This document shows positions 56,809 through 64,000 of a stretch of 64,000 bases of DNA, piece by piece. Each line of letters starts with the position of its first letter. Positions within the stretch are counted from its first letter, which is position 1. The DNA is from Acidobacteriota bacterium (GTDB lineage: Bacteria > Acidobacteriota > Thermoanaerobaculia > Multivoradales > UBA5704): the NCBI GenBank assembly GCA_040005235.1, contig JBDTZG010000015.1, forward strand, positions 1 to 64,000, in the 5' to 3' direction. The position numbers and the translations under genes were made by a program. The notes below the pieces were generated by a model. It saw nothing but the letters and a program-made list of their open reading frames with translations. It ran no database searches and was not told where the DNA came from.

Positions 56809-57081
56809 GCGCCGGCACACCACTGCGCCAGGCCAGGGCACTGGTGGTACGGGCCAGCACACCACTGCGCTGGGCCAGGGCACTGGTGGTACGGGCCGGC
56901 ACACCAGTGCGCTGGGCCAGAGCACTGGTGGTTCGGGCCAGCACACCACTGCGCTGGGCCAGGGCACTGCTGGTACGGGCCAGCACACCACTGCGCCGGG
57001 CCAGGGCACTGCTGGTACGGGCCAGCACACCACTGCGCCGGGCCAGGACACTGGTGGTACGGGCCAGCACACCAGTGGTGG
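56809..57081. repeat. 42-bp (2x21) tandem repeat, about 6.5 units
   Basis: GGGCCAGCACACCACTGCGCT-GGGCCAGGGCACTGGTGGTAC at 56851, 56893, 56935, 56977, 57019, 57061. Confidence 0.9.
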
Positions 57082-57226
57082 GAGCGGGCCGACCGGTGCG
57101 GCGAGCCGGAGAACCAGTGGCCGGAACCGTAACGGCGGTGGCCGCTGCCGCGCCGGGGGTGAGCGCGGGGGCAACACCGCTCGGCGGGCTCGTTCGACCG
57201 GCTCTGTGGCCCGGCGACGCGGTGGC

Positions 57227-57367
57227 GGCTCTGCGGTAGAGTTTCGCCCGCCTGAAGGAAGGAGCGCCATGAGTTCGAAAACTGGCACGAAGTCCGGAAC
57301 AGACTCCCCCCGCGAGCGCGCCGAGGCGCACTCGGCTCTGATCCGCCGTCAACCGGCCCGAAGTGTC
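57227..57367 (+). pseudogene. Partial copy 2 of ligA (promoter, RBS and 5' coding region) with internal deletion
   Basis: GGCTCTGCGGTAGAGTTTCGCCCGCCTGAAGGAAGGAG identical to 60815 onward; MSSKTG..RERAEAHSALIRR, then a 23-nt deletion. Confidence 0.9.
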
Positions 57368-57477
57368 GGCCGCGGCTCCCTGCGCGAGCGGCTCCTCGCC
57401 CGGCGCTCCGCCTGACGGGGCGCTCCTCGCCTTGCGCTTCCTCGTTGACGAGAACCGTTTTGAACGGCTAGATCGGC

Positions 57478-57705
57478 CTACGGCGTCTTCGCAGCCAGCC
57501 GCCAGGTCATCGTCGGTCGCTTGTTGGCCGCCGCGCATTCTTTGAGGAACAGGTTGATTAGCGTCTGGTAGGGAATCCCCAGCTCTTCGGCCAAACCCTG
57601 GAAATAAGCGAGCACTCCTGGGTCCAGCCGGATCGTGACCTGCTTCTTGAGCCGCCTGGCGTACGGATTGGGCTGCGCTTGGGAGAAGTCGTAGGTCTTT
57701 CTCAT
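57478..57705 (-). CDS. BrnA-like antitoxin (orphan)
   Basis: YDFS..NPYA..LKKQVTIRLD..YF....GIPYQTLINL. Confidence 0.85.
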   Translation of the reverse strand: MRKTYDFSQAQPNPYARRLKKQVTIRLDPGVLAYFQGLAEELGIPYQTLINLFLKECAAANKRPTMTWRLAAKTP

Positions 57706-57971
57706 CGATTGAGCAAGCAGAGGGTCGGCATCGAACCTACAGCGTAACTACAGGGCAGGTGGTGGTCAATGCTCTCGAGACCGAGCGATCACAGCGATTC
57801 CGCAACCCCGCGTAGGAGGCCACCGGATGTACTCGCGGATCACCGTTCCCATAGGCCGAGCCGCCCGCCCGCCAGCACCTCGACCCGTCCTCACTGTAAT
57901 TGCCGAGAGCCGCGCAGCAGCGGCAAGACCAAGACGCTCGGCCCAGCTGCCGCTAGACTCGCAGCATTTCC

Positions 57972-59048
57972 TTATGGGTGAAAGCCAGATTTGTCTACTA
58001 GGCCGGGAAGTGTCGCAGAGTCGGTCGGGAGCGCAGGTAGCAGATAGTACTTGGTGTCTCCAGTGCTGATCTGCTGGATCCACACCTCCGTTTTCGTGAC
58101 GTTAAATTTAACTACATTGGTCCATAGGAAGCCATTGCTCTTGGGACCGACAATACGAACAAATACCTCAGCGCGAGTGGGTATGGCGCCCGCGACACAG
58201 ACTGTTTCGGGCAGGCAGCCCGGCACGGCGGTACCGACGCGCGTATCGCTGATCCTCACCCAGAACCGGAAGTTCGTGTACTGCGAGGAAAGAAGTGGTG
58301 GAACAGAAGGCGGCGGCGGATCGGCCTCGACCGCCTCGACCTCGGCCCTGATTGATAGCGATCGATAGAAAGGAACTGAACCGACAACGCCAAGCTTCTG
58401 AGCGGGTGGCCGGCTTGGGCCAACATAGCCCGGTTGGTTACCAGTTCCATCCGTGTACCCGCAGAGCTCTGTCGTTGCGAGGTCGTGATCATAGAGCGTC
58501 CCCACGCCCCACGTTGCTCCGATGTACACCGTGTCTGTGGGAACCACGATCCCACCGGCGAACTGGAAACGAAAGAAAGGGGACACGTCGTCAAAGCAGT
58601 ATGCGCGCGGGACGGGTAGCGCCAGAAGGTTGTGCGCACTACCCAATAGGGTTCCTGGACCCCCGCCGGGTCCATCAGCGGCCCACACGTCGATGTCGAG
58701 CGGTATCTGGCTGTCGCCCTCGAAGAGGGTGATGTACTGGGCGAGCCTCAGGCAAACCGCATTGATGCGATTCTTTGAGCCGGGCAGTTTGAATCGCATG
58801 GCTGCGGTGTAGGTTGCTGGCGCAGGCTTCGCCCCGCTGTAGTCGAACCCGAGCGGATCCACCCCATCGTCATACACGATGCCGTCAGCGCAGTCGCCGA
58901 TCTCTGAAACCCTAGCCGGCAACGGCTGGCCGGTGGCACCGGGGATCAGGGGGCGGAGTGACTCAAGTGCCTGCGCAGCACTGACCTCCTGCCCGAGGGC
59001 CGGAACGGCTACCAGGGCGAGCAAAAGCAGAAGTGGGCTGTGTTTCAT
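57972..59048 (-). CDS. Secreted hypothetical protein with conserved-looking C-terminal beta domain
   Basis: RBS GAGGAG, signal peptide, YDDG motif, Pro linker, FRFWVRI..CLPETVCVAGA..VGPK.NG. Confidence 0.7.
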   Translation of the reverse strand: MKHSPLLLLLALVAVPALGQEVSAAQALESLRPLIPGATGQPLPARVSEIGDCADGIVYDDGVDPLGFDYSGAKPAPATYTAAMRFKLPGSKNRINAVCLRLAQYITLFEGDSQIPLDIDVWAADGPGGGPGTLLGSAHNLLALPVPRAYCFDDVSPFFRFQFAGGIVVPTDTVYIGATWGVGTLYDHDLATTELCGYTDGTGNQPGYVGPSRPPAQKLGVVGSVPFYRSLSIRAEVEAVEADPPPPSVPPLLSSQYTNFRFWVRISDTRVGTAVPGCLPETVCVAGAIPTRAEVFVRIVGPKSNGFLWTNVVKFNVTKTEVWIQQISTGDTKYYLLPALPTDSATLPGLVDKSGFHP

Positions 59049-59429
59049 AATCTTCTCCTCGTGAGTGCGGATTACTTCCAGTCCTGCGGGGGCGAGTGCT
59101 AGTCGAGTACCCTGGCGATCAGCTCGTGCAAACACCGTAGCAAACTCTCTCAGGCAAGCACCGGGATCGTAAGGCGCGGCCTTGCAGTCTTTTCGGGCAC
59201 TTCCTGGACCGTGCGGATGTCCCTGCCGTCCTCGAGCAGGCGCAAGGCCGAGGCGCACCCGGACGCGATCGCTCTGGCGCCATCGAGGTGGCGAAGTGGG
59301 TATTGGCGCCATGATCGAGATCTTCAATGCCATCGTTATTTTTCTTGTCTACTAGAACCTGCCGGAGTTCCTGAAGTCAACCGCCCTGTTCTTCGCTTAT
59401 TACAATCTGGTGAAGATTTTCCGCGGCCG

Positions 59430-60695
59430 CTACCTGGCGAGAATGCTCGCGTCGAAAACGTCGAAGCGAACGTTCAGGTGATGCGTCCGCAGGGTGCAGC
59501 GCGACCACTTGCTCTCAAGCTCGCGGAGCACTTTCTTCCGCTCGGCTGCGCTCAGGCGACGCCACTTCACCTCGGCCACGAGCAGTCGCTCGGGATCGTC
59601 GGGATCAGGTGCGACCAGATCGAGCTCGATGTCGCCTTCCCAGTATCGCTGCGCGCCTGGGTAGAGCGCCCGGCACACGTCTTCGAACACTGTCGCGGCG
59701 TGTTCGTGAACGAGCGTCCGCTTTTCCGGTTCCGAATAGGTGCGCCACCGGCTCTGGTGCGGCGAGAAGACCCGAAACCAGAAACGCATCGTCGGGTCCT
59801 CTATGCGGTAGAGGATTCTCTTGGTCGACCGCACGCTTTCGCCGAACGGCAGCTCGCGCGTTAGGATCGAAGCGTCGAGCAGCTGGTGAAGCAGGCGGGA
59901 GAGGTTCGTCTGCGCCGTACCGAGCCGGCCGGCGATCTCGGAGGGCCGTTCGGCGCCGCGGCCCACGGCTTCGAGCACAGCCGCGGCGTTCAGGCCAACG
60001 ACACCTTCGTCGCGCAGGATGCGCTGCGGTTCCTGTTCCATGTAGGGCGCGTAATCGAAGTAGAGCGACTCCGCGAGCGCCAAGGCATCCTGTCCCGCTT
60101 CCACGAATTCCCAGTACTTGGGGATGCCGCCGACACAGGCGAACTGCTCGAAGGAATCCGGGTCGCCGGGCCGAAGGCCGCAGGCGTCGCAAAACGCGCG
60201 GTAGCCCATCGGCTGGATCTGGAGGAGTTTCCGCGCGCGACCGTAGAGCGGCGCCGCCCGGTGAAGAAAGAGGTCGTGCATCATGCGCGTGCTCGAGCCC
60301 GCCACGATCAGCAGGCAGCCGCGCGGCAGCGAATGGTCCAGCCATTTCTGCAGCTGGCTCGGCAGGGACGCGTCTACCGCCGTCAGATAGGGGAATTCGT
60401 CGAGGCAGAGCACCCAGCGGCGCTTTTGCAGCGTCAGGATTTCGAACAGCTCCGGCCAGCTTCGAGGGACCAGCTGCGTGTCGAGTTGCGGGCGCAAATC
60501 GGCGAACACCTGCTGAATCTGCATGTCGCGCTGTGCCTCGATGGCCTGGCTGTAGAAGCCATCGCGGGCGGCAAGCCAGTGCCGCAACAGCCGCGTCTTG
60601 CCTACGCGCCGCCGGCCATACACCACCAGCAGGCCACCATGCTTGCCCGCCGCGTCCAGCTCGCGCAGCTCCGCTTCCCGGTTGACGAACTCCAT
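59430..60695 (-). CDS. Archaeal-type ATPase with wHTH and C-terminal DUF234/PD-(D/E)xK domain
   Basis: FVNREAEL, GRRRVGKT, LDEFPYL, GGIPKY, ELDLVA...AEVKW. Confidence 0.88.
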   Translation of the reverse strand: MEFVNREAELRELDAAGKHGGLLVVYGRRRVGKTRLLRHWLAARDGFYSQAIEAQRDMQIQQVFADLRPQLDTQLVPRSWPELFEILTLQKRRWVLCLDEFPYLTAVDASLPSQLQKWLDHSLPRGCLLIVAGSSTRMMHDLFLHRAAPLYGRARKLLQIQPMGYRAFCDACGLRPGDPDSFEQFACVGGIPKYWEFVEAGQDALALAESLYFDYAPYMEQEPQRILRDEGVVGLNAAAVLEAVGRGAERPSEIAGRLGTAQTNLSRLLHQLLDASILTRELPFGESVRSTKRILYRIEDPTMRFWFRVFSPHQSRWRTYSEPEKRTLVHEHAATVFEDVCRALYPGAQRYWEGDIELDLVAPDPDDPERLLVAEVKWRRLSAAERKKVLRELESKWSRCTLRTHHLNVRFDVFDASILAR

Positions 60696-60856
60696 GTTCA
60701 CGGCCGGCAGCGTAACCCCATACTTGATGCTTGGCAAGCATAATGCCTGCCGAACACAATTGGACGAGGGAGCAGCGCGGGTAGGCCCATGCCGGATACC
60801 GGCGCGCCTGCCCAGGCTCTGCGGTAGAGTTTCGCCCGCCTGAAGGAAGGAGTGCC

Positions 60857-62950
60857 ATGAGCTCGAAAACCGGGCCGAAGACCGGCCCAACTCCAAGTCC
60901 AGAACACCCCCAAGAGCGCGCCGAGGCGCTCTCGGCTCTGATTCGCCGTCATGACCATTTGTATTACGTGCTCGACCGGCCGGAAGTGTCAGACGACCGG
61001 TACGACGCCTGGTTTCGCGAGCTGGTGGCGCTCGAAGCGGCGCACCCGGATCTGCGTACAGCGGACTCCCCCACCCAGCGGGTGGGCGGCGCCGCGGTCG
61101 ACAGTTTTCCTACGGTCGAGCACGCGGCGCCGATGTTGTCGCTCGAATCGGACAACGCGGAGGCCGCCTTGCGCCGCTTCGACGAGCGGGTGAGGAAAGG
61201 GCTCGGCGCGGGGAAGGAAGTGCGCTACGTGCTGGAGCCGAAGCTCGACGGGCTGTCGTTGGAACTGGTCTACGAGCAGGGTCTGCTGACGCGCGCCGCC
61301 ACCCGTGGCGACGGCCGGAGGGGCGAAGGGGTGACCGAGAACGCCCGGACAATCCCCTCGGTCCCCCTGCGCCTGCTCGGCGAGGAGCGCGCGATCCCGG
61401 CGTTCTTGGCGGTTCGCGGCGAGGCGATCATGAGGAACGCCGAGTTCGACAAGCTCAACGAACGTCTGGTCGCCGCGGGCGAGGAGCCGTTCGCGAACCC
61501 GAGAAACGTCGCGGCCGGCGCGATCCGGCAGCTCGATCCGAAGCAGACCGCCGCCAAGCCGCTCGAGCTGTACGCCTACGACGTCTTGTCGTTCGGCCCG
61601 GAGCCGGACTCGGCGCCCGAAGACATCCGGACGCAAGCGGGCGTGCTCGCGGCGCTACACGCCTGGGGCTTCCGGGTCAACGACCGGATCTCGAAAGGAG
61701 CCGACGTCGAAGCGATTCTCGCCTATCACGCCGAAACCGAGAGCGCGCGCGACGACCTGGGCTACGAGATTGACGGCATCGTGATCAAGCTCGACGATCT
61801 AGCGGAGCGCGAGACCCTCGGATGGACCGCTCGGCATCCGCGCTGGGCGTTCGCCTACAAGTTTCCGCCGAGGAAAGAGATCACCCGGATTCTTTCGATC
61901 TTCCCCTCGGTCGGGCGGACCGGCGTGGTCACCCCGGTCGCGTTTCTGCTGCCGGTCGAGATCGGCGGAGTCACCGTTGCCCGCGCCACCCTCCACAATC
62001 GCGAGGAGGTGGGCCGGAAGGACGTGCGCGAGGGGGACCGGGTGCGGATTCAGCGCGCCGGAGACGTGATCCCCCAGGTGATCGAGCGGATCGAAGAACC
62101 CGACCGGGAACGCAATGCCCCGTGGCAGATGCCAGCCGCCTGCCCTTCGTGCGGCACCGGGCTGATCGAGCGCGGACCGTTCACGGTCTGCCCGAATAGC
62201 CTCGAGTGCCCGGCACAGTTGGTCGGAAGGATCGTCCATTTCGCGTCGCGCAACGCCCTGGACATCGAGGGGCTGGGCGACGAGAGCGCCAAGCTGTTCG
62301 TCAAGGAAGGTCTGGTTCGCCAGCTGCCCGACCTCTTCCTTCTCCGGCGGGAAAAGATCGCGCCGCTCGAAGGGTTCGCGGAGAAATCGGCGACCAAGCT
62401 GGTCGAGGCGCTCGCCCGAGCGCGGAAAACCGAACTGGCGCGGTTCCTCTACGGCCTGGGCATCCCGGAGGTGGGTACCGCGGTCGCCCGCGATCTCGCC
62501 CGGCACTTCCGGACTTTCGAGCGGATCCGCGCGGCGAGCGCCGAAGAATTACAGACCGTCCCGGGGGTCGGGCCGCGGATGGCCGAACAGATCCTCGCCT
62601 TCTTCGCCGAGCCGCAGACCGCCGCGGTGCTGGATGCCCTGCGCGAGGTGATCGAGCTGGCCGAAGTGACCGCGCCTGCCCCGGCCACGCCAAGCCCCCT
62701 CTTGGGCAAGAAGTTCGTCTTTACCGGGGGGCTTGAGGCGATGTCGCGGGACGAGGCCAAGGTGCGGATCGAGCTTCTCGGCGCCAAGGCGGTCTCTTCA
62801 GTGAGCAAGGCGACCGACTACGTGGTGGTGGGGAGCGATCCCGGCTCCAAGGCGGACGACGCCACGCGATTGGGGGTGGCAACGCTCGACGAAACCGGTT
62901 TTCTTGCTCTGCTCGCTGAAACCGAATCGAGGCCGGCGGCAAAGCAGTAG
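60857..62950 (+). CDS. ligA: NAD-dependent DNA ligase
   Basis: YYVLD.P..D..YD, EPKLDG, GRTG, ATLHN, CPSC..C..C zinc finger, HhH, BRCT. Confidence 0.97.
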   Translation: MSSKTGPKTGPTPSPEHPQERAEALSALIRRHDHLYYVLDRPEVSDDRYDAWFRELVALEAAHPDLRTADSPTQRVGGAAVDSFPTVEHAAPMLSLESDNAEAALRRFDERVRKGLGAGKEVRYVLEPKLDGLSLELVYEQGLLTRAATRGDGRRGEGVTENARTIPSVPLRLLGEERAIPAFLAVRGEAIMRNAEFDKLNERLVAAGEEPFANPRNVAAGAIRQLDPKQTAAKPLELYAYDVLSFGPEPDSAPEDIRTQAGVLAALHAWGFRVNDRISKGADVEAILAYHAETESARDDLGYEIDGIVIKLDDLAERETLGWTARHPRWAFAYKFPPRKEITRILSIFPSVGRTGVVTPVAFLLPVEIGGVTVARATLHNREEVGRKDVREGDRVRIQRAGDVIPQVIERIEEPDRERNAPWQMPAACPSCGTGLIERGPFTVCPNSLECPAQLVGRIVHFASRNALDIEGLGDESAKLFVKEGLVRQLPDLFLLRREKIAPLEGFAEKSATKLVEALARARKTELARFLYGLGIPEVGTAVARDLARHFRTFERIRAASAEELQTVPGVGPRMAEQILAFFAEPQTAAVLDALREVIELAEVTAPAPATPSPLLGKKFVFTGGLEAMSRDEAKVRIELLGAKAVSSVSKATDYVVVGSDPGSKADDATRLGVATLDETGFLALLAETESRPAAKQ

Positions 62951-62971
62951 AGTGAGGCCGGGGAAAAAAGA

Positions 62972-62996
62972 GCCGGGGTGCCGTCCACACCCCGGC
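62972..62996. terminator. Hairpin after ligA (possible intrinsic terminator)
   Basis: GCCGGGGTG-7nt-CACCCCGGC, with an A-run on the 5' side. Confidence 0.5.
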
Positions 62997-63121
62997 CATC
63001 GCATCGCAAGTCGAACACCGGATTGCTCCGATGTCCTCTGCTTCAAACTTACGAATCCTTAACGTCCCGTACCGTACTTAAGGCAAGAACCGTGCCGCTG
63101 ACGAGAAAGAGAGAAGTTCCA

Positions 63122-63643
63122 ATGAAAGCCCTGATTCTTCTACTCGTGGTCCTCGTAGCCGGCCTTTTCGCGGCGTTCGCGTTCGCGCGAACCGGCGCGA
63201 AAGGAACCGCCAACGCCCCAACCAATGAAAAAAAGGGAACGACCGTGATCGAGAAAGTGGAAAAGACCGACGCCGAGTGGCGTAAGTTGCTGACTCCAGA
63301 GCAGTATCAGATCCTGCGCAAGGCCGGTACCGAGCGCGCATTCACCGGTAAAACTTGGAACAACCACGAAAAAGGGACCTACGTCTGCGCCGCCTGCAAG
63401 CTTCCCTTGTTTAGCTCGACGACCAAGTTCGAGTCCGGAACCGGCTGGCCGAGCTTCTGGGCGGCGATCGATCCTTCGCACGTGATCGAGAAGAGCGACT
63501 GGTCCTTCGGCACGCGGCGCACGGAGGTGCTCTGCGCCCGCTGCGGCGGCCACCTGGGGCACGTGTTCGACGACGGCCCGCAGCCGACCGGCCAGCGCTA
63601 CTGCATGAACTCAGGCGCCATGGAGTTCGTGCCCGGAAAGTAA
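63122..63643 (+). CDS. msrB: Peptide-methionine (R)-S-oxide reductase with signal peptide
   Basis: [41 protein letters not shown]. Confidence 0.95.
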   Translation: MKALILLLVVLVAGLFAAFAFARTGAKGTANAPTNEKKGTTVIEKVEKTDAEWRKLLTPEQYQILRKAGTERAFTGKTWNNHEKGTYVCAACKLPLFSSTTKFESGTGWPSFWAAIDPSHVIEKSDWSFGTRRTEVLCARCGGHLGHVFDDGPQPTGQRYCMNSGAMEFVPGK

Positions 63644-63771
63644 CTCCAAGTTTTTTCGCCGAACTATCGGGATCAAACGGGTCGGTTTCCGTCTTAGGGG
63701 GATGAACCATCCACCCCAAGGAGGAAACATGCTCATCCCAGGAAGAAGTTTGCCGTACCCCCTTGCGATCA

Positions 63772-63797
63772 CCTTACCATTTCGAGATAATGTAAGG
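63772..63797. promoter_or_regulatory. Inverted-repeat operator candidate for the AbrB-type TA module
   Basis: CCTTAC-N14-GTAAGG overlapping the GATAAT -10-like box. Confidence 0.45.
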
Positions 63798-63818
63798 CGA
63801 CCGCAAGGAGGGCGTCCC

Positions 63819-64000
63819 ATGATCCTGTCGTCCGCAAAACTGACCGAGAAGTACCAGATCACGATCCCGAGCGAGGTTCGCCGCCGCTTGAGCCTCGAAG
63901 CCGGTGACGTCGTGCTGCTCCGCCTGGACGGCGACGAGATCAAACTCGAAAGCGCCAAAGGCGGATGGTGCGCTGCTCTCCGCGGTCTTGGCGCCGAGGT
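63819..64000 (+). CDS. AbrB/MazE/SpoVT family antitoxin (partial)
   Basis: MILSSAKLTEKYQITIPSEVRRRLSLEAGDVV; RBS AAGGAGG. Confidence 0.85.
   Translation, partial: MILSSAKLTEKYQITIPSEVRRRLSLEAGDVVLLRLDGDEIKLESAKGGWCAALRGLGAE

Noticed and set aside
56809-57081. CRISPR array
   Set aside because: The units are contiguous tandem copies with no unique spacers.
59247-59263. Third ligA remnant GCCGAGGCGCACCCGGA (possible microhomology join of two ligA segments)
   Set aside because: Only 17 nt of GC-rich sequence, not distinguishable from chance without statistics.
56300-60860. Integron or prophage
   Set aside because: No integrase, attC-like sites or phage structural genes are visible.
1-64000. 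tRNA/rRNA genes
   Set aside because: No convincing cloverleaf or rRNA signature was seen in the intergenic regions by eye.

Overview
High-GC bacterial chromosomal window, most consistent with an Acidobacteriota (Thermoanaerobaculia-like) genome. This is inferred from the ADOP-type duplicated ABC permease, the fused LeuD-LeuC aconitase and the abundant short tandem repeats. The housekeeping backbone comprises a PAS-GGDEF-EAL protein (partial), two class I aminotransferases, a rhomboid, an aconitase, a candidate 6S RNA, apaH, dsbD, an M2 peptidase, yebC, an M20 peptidase, an mltD-like transglycosylase, ligA and msrB. There are four accessory blocks. (1) A defence island at 16.2-24.6 kb: large N6-MTase + PD-(D/E)xK nuclease, DUF429, ABC-ATPase + DUF4276, and gene remnants. 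(2) A compact aryl-polyene-like type II FAS/PKS operon at 26.8-34.7 kb with no dehydratase. (3) A seven-gene operon at 43.7-56.3 kb joining a GAP1-N2 protein and a double-GTPase-type TRAFAC GTPase to a TPR-like membrane protein and a giant divergent SEDS + class B PBP pair with intact catalytic motifs; this is the best candidate for an undescribed system. (4) An insertion hotspot upstream of ligA marked by repeated partial copies of the ligA 5' end. A recurring theme is 'collapsed' genes and duplicated gene ends flanking inserted cassettes. All calls come from reading motifs by eye; no database searches were run.
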